A DNA stretch of 64,000 nucleotides from Bacteroidales bacterium (GTDB lineage Bacteria > Bacteroidota > Bacteroidia > Bacteroidales > UBA7960): NCBI GenBank assembly GCA_003559735.1, contig PWKN01000072.1:18382-82381 (forward strand), given 5' to 3'. The notes beneath the pieces were generated by a model. The model was not told the origin of the DNA. It was given only the letters and a program-made list of their open reading frames with translations, and did not search any database. Positions 30,423-40,658 of this stretch are shown one piece after another (within the stretch, counting starts at the first letter, position 1; each line of letters starts with the position of its first letter). A program made the position numbers and the translations under genes.

Positions 30423-32366
30423 ATGACCAGAGATAACATTATTGGCTTGTTATTAATTGCCTCCATCATTATTGGATACAGCATATGGATGGCCCCTACC
30501 GAAGAAGAACGCCTGGAAGCCAGAAGAATACAGGACAGCATTGCCGCCGTTCAGAGGGCACAGGCCGAAGCAATGGAGGCAGAATTGGAAGATGACCCCA
30601 TCATTGCTGATGATCCGGTTACAGACATAGACCCTGCTGTTGAACCTGAAAAAGTCGATTCTGTCGCGCAGCAGAGGCTGAGAGACAGGATGGGGTATTT
30701 TTCGGGCAGTGCTTTGGGCGAGGAAGGATATGTAACGATTGAAAATGAACTGATCTCTCTCTCGATCAGCAAAAAAGGGGGACACATTGATGCGGCCCGG
30801 CTCACCCGGTACAAAAGCTATGACCAGTCGCCCCTGATGCTTTTTACAGGCGAAGACACGCGGTTTGCGTTTAACTTCTTCTCAGGCAACAGGAACATAT
30901 CGTCAGAAAATCTTTTCTTCATCCCTTACCTGGATGGACAGCGGCTCAACGGACGTGACAGCATAACGGTTAGCGGCGATGATGTGCTGAATTTTTCAAT
31001 GAGGGCTTACAGTGACCATCATACGGCAGACAGTCCGAGCTATATTGAACTGGCCTATGGGTTACAGGGCAACGACTATATGCTCGACTTTGATGTGCGC
31101 TTCACTGGTATGCGTGAAGCCATCGCGGCAAACACCACTTTTATTAACCTGGACTGGCAGTCGAAGCTGCCGCGCCTGGAAAAAAACAGGCAGAACGAAC
31201 AAAACAACTCCACGGTATACTACAAGTACACCAATGATGAGGTATCGCGTTTACGTCCCACCAGGGATGGTTCTGAACGGCTCACAACGAGCATAAGATG
31301 GATCTCTTTCAAACACCAGTTCTTCTCTTCCGTACTCATCTCAAAAGATGGTTTTGCCAATGCCGATGTTTCGAGCACCACGCTTAATGAGGATGTGGAG
31401 GACTTCCTCAAGATCATGGCAGCCTCCATCAACCTTGACTACGATGCCCGTACAGACAACAATTACCAGATGCGGTGGTACCTCGGACCAAACAGTTACC
31501 GTCTGCTGACAAACTATGACCTGGAGCTCGAAAGACAGATCCCGCTGGGCTGGGGCTTTTTCCTTACATCGTGGATCAACCGTTTTGCCGTTATCCCGAT
31601 ATTTAATTTCCTTGACGGTTTTGACCTGAATTATGGGATCATCATTCTGATCCTTACCGTTCTTCTTAAGGTCGTTTTGCTGCCCATTGCCTTTAAGACC
31701 TATCTGTCTCAGGCCAAGATGCGCCTGTTGAAACCTGAAATAGAAGAGCTGAGCAAAAAGTTTCCGAAAAAAGAAGATGCCATGAAGAAGCAGCAGGCGA
31801 CAATGGCATTATACAAAAAAGCGGGAGTAAATCCAATGGCAGGCTGTATACCCATGCTGTTGCAGCTTCCGATCCTTATTGCCTTGTTCCGGTTTTTCCC
31901 TGCTTCGATCGAACTGCGCCAGGAGGGGTTCCTTTGGGCAGATGACCTCTCATCGTACGACTCTATCCTGGACCTCCCCTTCTCGATCCCCTTTTATGGT
32001 GACCACGTAAGTCTGTTTACCCTGCTGATGGCTGGCTCGATGATCATTTACACGCATATGAACAGTCAAATGATGAGCTCAAGCAGCCAGATGCCCGGGA
32101 TGAAGACCATGATGTATTTTATGCCGGTGATGCTGCTCGGCATATTCAACAGTTTTGCATCGGGACTAAGCTATTATTATTTCCTGGCCAACGTGATCAC
32201 GTTCGGACAGATGTTCTTTTTCCGCAGGTTTATTGATGAAGATGCACTGCATGCCAAAATAGAAGCAAACAAAAAGAAACCTGTCAAGAAATCGAAATGG
32301 CAGAAACGAATGGAGGAGCTGGCCAAACAACAGGAAGCACAGAAGAAAAAACGACGGAAGAGGTAA
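30423..32366 (+). CDS. yidC: membrane protein insertase YidC (long Bacteroidota form)
   Basis: 647 aa with an N-terminal anchor, a large periplasmic domain, the C-terminal 60-kDa insertase core (GCIPMLLQLPILIALF) and a basic tail. Confidence 0.9.
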   Translation: MTRDNIIGLLLIASIIIGYSIWMAPTEEERLEARRIQDSIAAVQRAQAEAMEAELEDDPIIADDPVTDIDPAVEPEKVDSVAQQRLRDRMGYFSGSALGEEGYVTIENELISLSISKKGGHIDAARLTRYKSYDQSPLMLFTGEDTRFAFNFFSGNRNISSENLFFIPYLDGQRLNGRDSITVSGDDVLNFSMRAYSDHHTADSPSYIELAYGLQGNDYMLDFDVRFTGMREAIAANTTFINLDWQSKLPRLEKNRQNEQNNSTVYYKYTNDEVSRLRPTRDGSERLTTSIRWISFKHQFFSSVLISKDGFANADVSSTTLNEDVEDFLKIMAASINLDYDARTDNNYQMRWYLGPNSYRLLTNYDLELERQIPLGWGFFLTSWINRFAVIPIFNFLDGFDLNYGIIILILTVLLKVVLLPIAFKTYLSQAKMRLLKPEIEELSKKFPKKEDAMKKQQATMALYKKAGVNPMAGCIPMLLQLPILIALFRFFPASIELRQEGFLWADDLSSYDSILDLPFSIPFYGDHVSLFTLLMAGSMIIYTHMNSQMMSSSSQMPGMKTMMYFMPVMLLGIFNSFASGLSYYYFLANVITFGQMFFFRRFIDEDALHAKIEANKKKPVKKSKWQKRMEELAKQQEAQKKKRRKR

Positions 32367-32414
32367 TAATTGTTGCGACAGCAAAATGGGGGAGCCGGAC
32401 CAAAAAAAGATCAT

Positions 32415-33788
32415 ATGCAGCAGATGAATGAGTTAATGCACGGTCTGAAAAACATCAGTCCGCTTGATGGCCGCTACCACCGGATGGTGTCGCCCCTGCA
32501 GGATTATTTCTCTGAAGAAGCACTTATAAGATACCGCGTACGATCTGAAATTGAATACTTTATCGCCCTCTGTACTGTTCCTTTGCCACCACTTGAAGGG
32601 ATCCCGGATGGCGACAAGGAGATTATCAGGGACATATTCCGCACTTTTTCCTCCAGTGATGCCCTGCGGGTAAAAGAGATCGAACAGAAAACCAACCACG
32701 ACATCAAGGCTGTTGAATACTTTATCAAGGAACGTTTTGATGAATTGGGAATGGAACAATACCGGGAGTTTGTCCATTTTGGCCTGACCTCGCAGGACAT
32801 CAACAATACAGCCGTTCCCCTCTCCCTTAAAGAGGCATTGCACCAGGTCCTTTATCCTGCGCTGCAGATGCTTCTCGACAAGCTGCATAAGTTATCCAAT
32901 GAGTGGCTGCACGAACCCATGCTTGCCCACACCCATGGCCAACCGGCATCTCCAACCACTGTGGGCAAGGAGATGATGGTTTTTTATCAACGCCTGAAAA
33001 AACAATTCACCGCACTGCGGTCCCTCCCCTTCCCCGCTAAGTTTGGCGGAGCAACAGGTAACTTTAATGCCCACCATGTAGCCTATCCTGCAGTTGACTG
33101 GGTTGCGTTTGCCGATAAGTTTACCCGCTCGCTCGGTTTGGAACGATCGCAACCTACAACACAGATTGACCATTATGACGGACTTGCAGCCATATTCGAC
33201 TGTCTGAAGAGGATATGTACCATCGTGATCGACCTCGACAGGGATTGCTGGACATACATTTCGATGGATTATTTCAAGCAAAAAGTCATTGCGGGTGAAA
33301 CTGGATCCTCTGCCATGCCGCACAAAGTAAACCCGATCGATTTCGAAAATGCGGAAGGTAACGCCGGGATTGCCATTGCCCTTTTCGAACACCTCTCTGC
33401 CAAACTGCCAGTCAGCCGTCTGCAAAGAGACCTGTCTGATTCTACGGTGTTGCGGAACATCGGTGTGCCCGTCGGACATATGCTGATCGCCTTAAAGGCC
33501 AGTGTCAGAGGTTTGGAAAAAATCAGCCTGAACAAAAAAAGGATCAGCGCCGACCTGAATGACAATGTGGCTGTTTTGGCCGAAGCCATCCAAACCATCC
33601 TCAGAAGCATAGGATACCCGAATCCATATGAGGCCCTGAAGGATTTGACAAGAAAGGATACGGCCATCACCAGGGAAGCACTTCATGCCTTTATTGATCA
33701 ATTGGATATCAAAAAGGAAGAAAAAGAAAGAATGAAAAAGATCACTCCTGAGAATTACACAGGAATGATGCCAAAAAACCTTGAATAA
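32415..33788 (+). CDS. purB: adenylosuccinate lyase
   Basis: ...ISPLDGRY...HFGLTSQDINNTA...GSSAMPHKVNP. I chose the start at an internal ATG because the track ORF begins at a non-ATG codon (32370). Confidence 0.9.
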   Translation: MQQMNELMHGLKNISPLDGRYHRMVSPLQDYFSEEALIRYRVRSEIEYFIALCTVPLPPLEGIPDGDKEIIRDIFRTFSSSDALRVKEIEQKTNHDIKAVEYFIKERFDELGMEQYREFVHFGLTSQDINNTAVPLSLKEALHQVLYPALQMLLDKLHKLSNEWLHEPMLAHTHGQPASPTTVGKEMMVFYQRLKKQFTALRSLPFPAKFGGATGNFNAHHVAYPAVDWVAFADKFTRSLGLERSQPTTQIDHYDGLAAIFDCLKRICTIVIDLDRDCWTYISMDYFKQKVIAGETGSSAMPHKVNPIDFENAEGNAGIAIALFEHLSAKLPVSRLQRDLSDSTVLRNIGVPVGHMLIALKASVRGLEKISLNKKRISADLNDNVAVLAEAIQTILRSIGYPNPYEALKDLTRKDTAITREALHAFIDQLDIKKEEKERMKKITPENYTGMMPKNLE

Positions 33789-33807
33789 CCAAACACCCAG
33801 GTTACCA

Positions 33808-35628
33808 ATGCGCAATTTTCAATTGATCCTTAAATATATTATTCCTTACTGGACAAGGATCGGGTTGAATGTTTTTTTCAATTTCCTTTCGGTGGTGTTT
33901 TCCCTGTTTACCCTGAACATGGTGATCCCTTTCGTGAGCATCCTGTTCAGGACGCACCAGGAGACCTATGAGCTCATGCCTTTCAGAATGGATTTTGATG
34001 TGGTGATCAACAATTTTTATTATTACATGAACCTGCTGATCACCAGTTACGGGGAAATACTGACACTGGTCTTTATCAGCCTGTTGGTTGTCGTGGCAAG
34101 TTTTTTCAAGAACGGGTTCAAATACCTTGCATTGTATCATCTGGCCCCTGTTCGCAACGGCGTGGTCAAAGACATACGCAACGACATTTACCAGAAGACC
34201 CTCGACCTGCCGCTGGCCTATTATTCAAAAGGGCGCAAGGGGGATATCATATCCCGGATGTCGAACGATGTATCCCAGATTGAGATCAGCATCATCCATT
34301 CCATGGCAATGGCATTTCGGGATCCGATGACCATCCTGGTGTATATGGCCTGGATGCTCTTCATGAGTCCGCAGCTTACCATTTTTGTGCTGGTGCTGCT
34401 TCCTGTTGCCGGTTTTATCATAGGTCGGATTGCACGTTCGCTGAAACCTACGGCATTAAAAAGCCAGGGCCAGCTCGGAATGATCCTGTCAGTGATGGAG
34501 GAAACGTTAACAGGACTGCGTATCATCAAGGCGTTTAATGCGGCCGGCAAAATGCGGGAACGTTTTGGCAGTTTGAATAATCTGTATACCCGCATCATGA
34601 ACAAACTGTATCGCCGTCAGGATCTGGCATCGCCACTCAGTGAGTTTTTGGGGACAACGGTATTCATTATCATTATGTTTTTCGGTGGTGCAATGATTTT
34701 GTCGGAGGGAACATCGCTGGCACCTGAGGCTTTTTTTGGTTACCTGGCCATCTTTTCACAGATTATCCAGCCTTCAAAGAATTTTTCAAAGGCATGGTAT
34801 AACATCCAGAAAGGGCTGGCTTCTGCAGAACGTATCGACAATGTGCTGACCGCTGAGGTTACCATCAGGGACAGCAGGCGTGCAAAGACAAAAAAGGACT
34901 TTCAGTCTGATATCACGTTTAAAAATGTCAGCTTCAAATACGAAGAGCTATATGTACTTAAAGACATCAACCTGCGCATAGAAAAGGGGCAGAGGCTGGC
35001 GCTGGTTGGACAGTCGGGTGCGGGGAAATCTACATTGGTCGATCTGATCCCCCGGTTTTACGATATCGTGGAAGGAGAGATCACCATCGATGGTGTCCCG
35101 TTGAAAGAAATCAAGATACGTGATTTGAGGGACCTGATGGGAAATGTCAACCAGGAACCCATATTGTTTAATGATACATTTTACAACAACATCGCATTTG
35201 GGGCATATAAAGTCTCCGAAGATGAGGTGGTCCGTGCGGCAAAGATCGCCAATGCGCATGATTTCATTATGGACACCCAGCTTGGGTACCATACCAACAT
35301 AGGCGACAGGGGAGGTAAGCTATCGGGGGGACAACGTCAGAGGATAAGCATTGCCAGGGCCGTTTTGAAAAATCCGCCAATCCTGATATTGGATGAAGCC
35401 ACCTCATCGCTCGACACAGAATCAGAAAAACTGGTACAGGAAGCGCTGCTCAACGTGATGGAGAACCGCACATCTGTTGTGATCGCACATCGCCTCTCCA
35501 CCATTATCAATGCCGACAAGATATGCGTGATGCACGAAGGACGCATTGTCGAAACAGGCAACCACGAAGAACTGCTCGAAAAAAACGGCATCTACAAAAA
35601 GCTGCACAGTTTGCAGATGTTTTCATGA
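33808..35628 (+). CDS. ABC transporter permease/ATP-binding fusion protein (MsbA-like exporter)
   Basis: A 6-TM domain followed by Walker A (GQSGAGKST), the signature LSGGQRQR and Walker B (ILILDEATS). Confidence 0.85.
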   Translation: MRNFQLILKYIIPYWTRIGLNVFFNFLSVVFSLFTLNMVIPFVSILFRTHQETYELMPFRMDFDVVINNFYYYMNLLITSYGEILTLVFISLLVVVASFFKNGFKYLALYHLAPVRNGVVKDIRNDIYQKTLDLPLAYYSKGRKGDIISRMSNDVSQIEISIIHSMAMAFRDPMTILVYMAWMLFMSPQLTIFVLVLLPVAGFIIGRIARSLKPTALKSQGQLGMILSVMEETLTGLRIIKAFNAAGKMRERFGSLNNLYTRIMNKLYRRQDLASPLSEFLGTTVFIIIMFFGGAMILSEGTSLAPEAFFGYLAIFSQIIQPSKNFSKAWYNIQKGLASAERIDNVLTAEVTIRDSRRAKTKKDFQSDITFKNVSFKYEELYVLKDINLRIEKGQRLALVGQSGAGKSTLVDLIPRFYDIVEGEITIDGVPLKEIKIRDLRDLMGNVNQEPILFNDTFYNNIAFGAYKVSEDEVVRAAKIANAHDFIMDTQLGYHTNIGDRGGKLSGGQRQRISIARAVLKNPPILILDEATSSLDTESEKLVQEALLNVMENRTSVVIAHRLSTIINADKICVMHEGRIVETGNHEELLEKNGIYKKLHSLQMFS

Positions 35629-35656
35629 TCATATGCAAAATATCACGCGATATGTG

Positions 35657-35664
35657 TATTTTTG
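35657..35664 (+). promoter_or_regulatory. candidate -7 box TATTTTTG for the DUF5606-like gene
   Basis: TAnnTTTG match 56 nt upstream of the ATG at 35720. Confidence 0.45.
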
Positions 35665-35719
35665 CCTGTATGAATGTCGGGCGTCGGCCTGACAAGAGCA
35701 AACCAAGAAATACCAACTT

Positions 35720-36310
35720 ATGGATTTAAACGAAATAATTACAATTTCCGGCAAGAAAGGACTGTTCAAGCTGGTGACCAAAACCCGTACCGGGATGGTA
35801 GTAGAATCTTTTGAAGACGGGAGGAGGCTGCCTGTTTTTGTCACCGACCGTTCCAGTACCCTGGAAGACATCAGTATCTTTACCGAGGACAAGGAGGTTC
35901 CGCTGAAAGATGTGCTTTGGAAAATCCACGAAAAGACCGGAGGCAAACCGGGGCCGGATCCCAAATCGCCACCCGGCACATTGCGGGAGATTTTTGAAGA
36001 GATACTGCCCGATTATGATCAGGACAGGGTATACCCGTCTGACATAAAAAAGGTGTTCACCTGGTACAACATTTTACTGGAGAAGGAGCTGATCACCAAA
36101 CCAGAAGAACCGGAAAAGGAAGAGCCGGCAGCAGACGCCGAAGAAAAAAAAGGAGAAAAGGGCAAAGGGGAGAAAAAGCCGGCAGCTAAAAAAACGACCA
36201 AACCCACCAGCACAAACAAGTCCGCCAAAGCAGGCAAAAAAGAGCAAAAGCCGGATGGTGCAAGCAGCAAGCCGGTCAAAGACAAAGGCAAAAACACAAA
36301 AAACAAATAG
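35720..36310 (+). CDS. DUF5606-like protein with a lysine-rich low-complexity tail
   Basis: The N-terminal ~120 aa (MDLNEIITISGKKGLFKLVTKTRTGMVVESFEDGRRLPVF...) resembles the conserved Bacteroidota DUF5606 family, from my recollection. The C-terminal ~70 aa is a K/E/P/A-rich tail. Confidence 0.55.
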   Translation: MDLNEIITISGKKGLFKLVTKTRTGMVVESFEDGRRLPVFVTDRSSTLEDISIFTEDKEVPLKDVLWKIHEKTGGKPGPDPKSPPGTLREIFEEILPDYDQDRVYPSDIKKVFTWYNILLEKELITKPEEPEKEEPAADAEEKKGEKGKGEKKPAAKKTTKPTSTNKSAKAGKKEQKPDGASSKPVKDKGKNTKNK

Positions 36311-36332
36311 GGACAACAACCGCCCATCCTGT

Positions 36333-37367
36333 ATGTATCAAAGAATCATCCGTCCACTGCTGTTCTTGTTTCCGCCTGAGTGGGTTCACCGGACTGTTGT
36401 TTTGTTACTTCGTGTGTTATTTGCCATTCCGGGTGTACCTCATTTGTTCAGGAAGCATTATTGTATCAGGCGACCGGAACTGGCCCGGACACTCTTCGGC
36501 ATCCGGTTTCCAAACCCGGTAGGTATAGCGGCAGGATTTGACAAAGAAGCTGGTATCTACAACCATTTGGCCCATTTCGGCTTTGGGCACATAGAAATTG
36601 GAACCGTTACCCCCCGTCCCCAGTCCGGAAACCCAAAGCCCCGCCTGTTCAGACTGCCAAAAGACAAAGCGCTCATCAACAGAATGGGATTCAATAACCA
36701 TGGCATAGAGCACTTTGTTGCGAAACTAAAAAAAAACAAGGCCAGGGTCATTATCGGGGGGAACATAGGGAAAAACACAGACACGCCAAATGAGCTTGCT
36801 GTAAGGGATTACTGCCTGTGTTTTGAGAAACTGTTTGACCTGGTCGATTATTTTGTTGTCAATGTAAGCTGTCCGAACATCAGGGACATGCATCAGCTGC
36901 AAAACAAGGACTCGCTGACAGAAATACTCAGGGCCATACAAGACATCAACCTCAAAAAGGACAGGAAAAAGCCGGTATTGCTGAAGATTGCCCCTGATCT
37001 GACCCATTCCCAGCTCGACGAGGTAATTGAGATCGTTCAGGCAACCGGACTGGATGGCATCGTGGCTGCCAACACTTCCACTGGCAGGGACCACCTGGGA
37101 AGCAGCAAAGAAAGGGTAACCAGGATTGGGGATGGCGGATTAAGTGGAAGGCCAATAAGGGAACAATCAACCCGTACCATTGCGTATCTCCATGAACAAT
37201 CAAAAGGAACCATTCCCATAATTGGTGTTGGGGGGATCCTTGATCCGGCCGGCGCAATGGAGAAACTTAATGCCGGCGCATCGCTCGTACAGCTTTATAC
37301 CGGATTCATTTATTCCGGTCCGGCAATCGCAAAAAGAATCAACAAAACCTTGCTGCAACAGTCGTGA
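36333..37367 (+). CDS. pyrD: dihydroorotate dehydrogenase (quinone), class 2
   Basis: MYQRIIRPLLFLFPPEWVH...GFDK...GFNNHG...NVSCPN...GGLSG...The start is trimmed from the track ORF (36255). Confidence 0.9.
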   Translation: MYQRIIRPLLFLFPPEWVHRTVVLLLRVLFAIPGVPHLFRKHYCIRRPELARTLFGIRFPNPVGIAAGFDKEAGIYNHLAHFGFGHIEIGTVTPRPQSGNPKPRLFRLPKDKALINRMGFNNHGIEHFVAKLKKNKARVIIGGNIGKNTDTPNELAVRDYCLCFEKLFDLVDYFVVNVSCPNIRDMHQLQNKDSLTEILRAIQDINLKKDRKKPVLLKIAPDLTHSQLDEVIEIVQATGLDGIVAANTSTGRDHLGSSKERVTRIGDGGLSGRPIREQSTRTIAYLHEQSKGTIPIIGVGGILDPAGAMEKLNAGASLVQLYTGFIYSGPAIAKRINKTLLQQS

Positions 37368-37397
37368 TGTTTTCTGCACGTTTTTGATCACAAAGTG

Positions 37398-37405
37398 TAC
37401 CTTTG
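37398..37405 (+). promoter_or_regulatory. possible -7 box TACCTTTG (would give a 157-nt leader for the protease gene)
   Basis: The TAnnTTTG match is exact, but its distance to the ATG at 37562 is long. Confidence 0.3.
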
Positions 37406-37561
37406 CGGACAGTTTTACATGTTGCATTCCATCGCCAATAATGTCCGGATAGCATTTTTTAATGACACAGAGATGGCCTGTAAGGGTTAAAAACATTAAA
37501 ATGTCTGCAGGGATGGGTTGCACTGTTTAAACTTTGGCCAAGTTTTTGTTGTTTATATGGT

Positions 37562-38797
37562 ATGACCATAAAACAGACATTCATTTTAATATTGCTTACT
37601 GCATCCATGACGGCATTCCCCCTTGCTGGTCGTGGAGAGGAAAGTGGTTTCCGTTTTGAGCGAAACAGGCGGTCAGTGGTGATCCCCATCCAGGTTCAAA
37701 ACAACCTCGCGGTTATGCCAATATTTATCAACAACAGGGGACCTTTTCATTTTATATTGGATTCGGGTGTCAATACCACCATACTGACCGAACCCATTTT
37801 GGCCAATTACCTGGATTTGCATTTTGGAGAAAGCGTTCTTGTTTACGGTCTTGGCGGAGAGGGGATTGTTGAAGCGGCAAAGGCCGTCAATGTTACATTT
37901 TCAATGAGGGGGATCACTGCAGAAAACATGAGTATGTTGGTTATCCCGGAGAACCTGTTGTCTTTCTCGGAAGTGTTTGGTTTCCCGGTATATGGGATCA
38001 TTGGCCACGATTTTCTGAAAAATTTTCCTGTCAGGATCAGTTACGCGAATGAGACCATCACCATATACAGGGAGTCAGATTACCGGGTCAGCAGAAGAAG
38101 CCAGACCATCCCCATCAGGCTGATCAACGGAAAGCCATATGTTGAATCGACCATTATTGGTACAAACGGGGATACACTGACCACGCACCTTTTGTTTGAC
38201 CTGGGTGCCAGTCACCCCATATACCTCAACAAGGAATATATCGCATTATCAGAAGATGTGATCAACGGTTACCTGGGCAAGGGCATCAGTGGCAATCTGC
38301 TCGGCAGACTGGGAAGGGTTGAAAGACTCATCATTGGTGATGCACATATTAAGGAACCGATCGTATCTTATCCGTATGGACGGTTTCTCGAGTTTCACGG
38401 TCAGGCCGTTGACTGGGAAGGCATTATTGGGGGTGGCATTATCAGACGGTATGAAGTGATCCTGGATTACCAAAATGAAAAGCTGATATTGCGGCGCGGT
38501 CAGGACCATGGCAAACCCTTTACCACCAGTCTCAGTGGCATTGAAGTCATTGCCAGGGGTCCGCATATGCGACAGTTTACCATCCACTACGTCAGGCCAG
38601 GATCGGCCGGTTACGAGGCGGGATTAATGTCGGGAGACCAGATCATCGCCCTGAACATGTACAATTACCGTGATTTGTCACTCGACACCATTTACGAAAC
38701 ACTCACCTCCCGAACTGGCAGGCGCATATCGATGACCGTTTTGAGAGACAATGAGTTATTAAGAAAAAGATTCCGGTTGCGGGAAGATCTGAGATGA
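37562..38797 (+). CDS. secreted retropepsin-like aspartyl protease (two lobes) with a C-terminal PDZ domain
   Basis: Signal peptide, two D-S/L-G lobes (FILDSGVNTTIL and LFDLGASHPIYL), and a PDZ-like tail (GYEAGLMSGDQIIALN). Confidence 0.65.
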   Translation: MTIKQTFILILLTASMTAFPLAGRGEESGFRFERNRRSVVIPIQVQNNLAVMPIFINNRGPFHFILDSGVNTTILTEPILANYLDLHFGESVLVYGLGGEGIVEAAKAVNVTFSMRGITAENMSMLVIPENLLSFSEVFGFPVYGIIGHDFLKNFPVRISYANETITIYRESDYRVSRRSQTIPIRLINGKPYVESTIIGTNGDTLTTHLLFDLGASHPIYLNKEYIALSEDVINGYLGKGISGNLLGRLGRVERLIIGDAHIKEPIVSYPYGRFLEFHGQAVDWEGIIGGGIIRRYEVILDYQNEKLILRRGQDHGKPFTTSLSGIEVIARGPHMRQFTIHYVRPGSAGYEAGLMSGDQIIALNMYNYRDLSLDTIYETLTSRTGRRISMTVLRDNELLRKRFRLREDLR

Positions 38798-38807
38798 CAG
38801 ACACTAA

Positions 38808-40580
38808 TTATTTGTCGGGCCTGATATAGGGCATATCCTTTTCACGGCCTTTGACAGCCCACTCCTTTGGTTTTATCTTCCAGTTATCCCGCTGTTCAGG
38901 CACATATTCATCGATTTCCCGGAAGTAATCTACCAGGTAACTTCGCAAGTCTTTTTCCGTGGCATGCAGGATCCTGTCAGACAGCTCATGGCCGGGGATC
39001 CCGGCACCCTCTGTCAGGTGGCCGCCACCTCCGCTACCCCGGTAAGAGTTAATGGCGACCCTGTAAAGGCTATCCGGGTAAAACGGACTGCCTTCTTCAA
39101 AGCCTTCTATGGTGACCCGTGATCCGGCAGGTTGGGCAACATCCACAACATAACGTATACCGGCGGCAGAGTCAAAATTGTAGGGAGGATTTCTTAATGC
39201 CCGCCATCCACGGCGATCAGCCGGAACCCTTCCCAGCGGGTCCCTGTGGAAATGAAGCAGGTGATCGTCGGCATTCTGCATTTTATTGAACCAGAGTCCG
39301 CAGGAATACTCCATATAGTCGTGTATTTCCCGACCGCTAAGCTCCATGGTATAGAGATAGTTTTCATATTCATACAGTCGAAAAAAGTCACGCATATATA
39401 CCACCCCTGCATTGATTGTTGCATCGAGTGCCAGTGGTGCGGTAAAGGAAATATCAGCATCTGTAAGGTTAAGCTGAACCTTATGCACCAGATCAGTGAA
39501 CGGCGCGCTTCCAAACAACGATTCGACAGAATGCATCGATTCAGAAATCTTACCAACAGGCGTATTGGCAAATTCCAGCACCTCCTGCACATCGTCTTCA
39601 AATTGCTGTATGAAAGAGTGGGAAGGAACAACCTTTTCTGTTGATATCATCTCTGCCCTAACCCCTTTAAGATTGAATGTACGTCTTGATGTCCTTTCAA
39701 AAACCAGTTCGGCCAGGGCAAGGTGCTCAGCAAAATGTCCGGGTCCCAGCACCAGCACTTCCCCCCCCTCAACATTGATCACGGTTTGTATCCTTCTTTG
39801 ATGATCGTGTCCGGAGAAGATCACATCAAAACCCGGAACGTGCTTGGCAATATATCCTGATGCATGTTCCAGCGGATGATCTTCAGGTTTTGGGTCAAGC
39901 GGTCCCAACCCACTGTGAAACAATCCGATAATGGCATCTGGTTGTTCATTTTCCCGGATGTAATCCATCCAGTATTCAGCGGCCCCGACCATATCCTGGA
40001 ATTCAAGTCCTTCCCACAAATGTGGAGGCAGCCAGTCGGGCACACCGGTAGTGGTTAGTCCCAGCACAGCGATGCGTACCCGTTGACGGGTGATGATCTT
40101 GTAAGGCTTGAAATAAGGTTCGCCCGTTTCTTTATCCAGCACATTGGCCCCGAGCCAGGGAAAGTCAAACTCCTCCCTCAGCCGGTTGTATACATCAGGT
40201 CCGGCTTCAATATCATGATTGCCGATGGTGGCCGCATCATACTGCATAAAGTTCATAACACGGCTAAAAAGGTTTTTGTCCGCCTCCTGCACAAAGTTTG
40301 CATAATAGGCAACCGGAGTACCCTGTATCAGATCGCCATTGTCGAGCAGGATCAGATTAAGGTTTTCACGTGCCCGGAGCGCTTGCACCATATAATGGAC
40401 GTTGGCCATTGATGTTTTGGCCGGACGGTTGCGGACAAAATCATACGGAAACAGCCGGGCATGCACATCGGCGGTCACTGCAACTGGTATCCTGATATCT
40501 CTTCCCGCCAGGTCAGCGGGAAGACACAGCACGGTAACCAAAAAAAGCAGGATGTAAGAAAAATGAGTCAGGCGCATCAT
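38808..40580 (-). CDS. bifunctional metallophosphatase / 5'-nucleotidase
   Basis: Signal peptide (MMRLTHFSYILLFLVTVLC) and calcineurin-like motifs DVHAR, GDLIQG, GNHD, GHDH, followed by a 5'-nucleotidase C-terminal domain. The track ORF starts at an upstream TTG (40604). Confidence 0.8.
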   Translation of the reverse strand: MMRLTHFSYILLFLVTVLCLPADLAGRDIRIPVAVTADVHARLFPYDFVRNRPAKTSMANVHYMVQALRARENLNLILLDNGDLIQGTPVAYYANFVQEADKNLFSRVMNFMQYDAATIGNHDIEAGPDVYNRLREEFDFPWLGANVLDKETGEPYFKPYKIITRQRVRIAVLGLTTTGVPDWLPPHLWEGLEFQDMVGAAEYWMDYIRENEQPDAIIGLFHSGLGPLDPKPEDHPLEHASGYIAKHVPGFDVIFSGHDHQRRIQTVINVEGGEVLVLGPGHFAEHLALAELVFERTSRRTFNLKGVRAEMISTEKVVPSHSFIQQFEDDVQEVLEFANTPVGKISESMHSVESLFGSAPFTDLVHKVQLNLTDADISFTAPLALDATINAGVVYMRDFFRLYEYENYLYTMELSGREIHDYMEYSCGLWFNKMQNADDHLLHFHRDPLGRVPADRRGWRALRNPPYNFDSAAGIRYVVDVAQPAGSRVTIEGFEEGSPFYPDSLYRVAINSYRGSGGGGHLTEGAGIPGHELSDRILHATEKDLRSYLVDYFREIDEYVPEQRDNWKIKPKEWAVKGREKDMPYIRPDK

Positions 40581-40600
40581 TGAAAAAATATGGTTGATTA

Positions 40601-40640
40601 TCAAAGAAAAAAGGCATCCTCTTGTCCAGATGCCTTTAGA
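40601..40640 (-). terminator. rho-independent terminator of sigma copy 2
   Basis: On the minus strand, AAAGGCATC-tggacaagag-GATGCCTTT followed by TTTTTCTTTG. Confidence 0.7.
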
Positions 40641-40658
40641 TTGTTCAAATATGATGTA

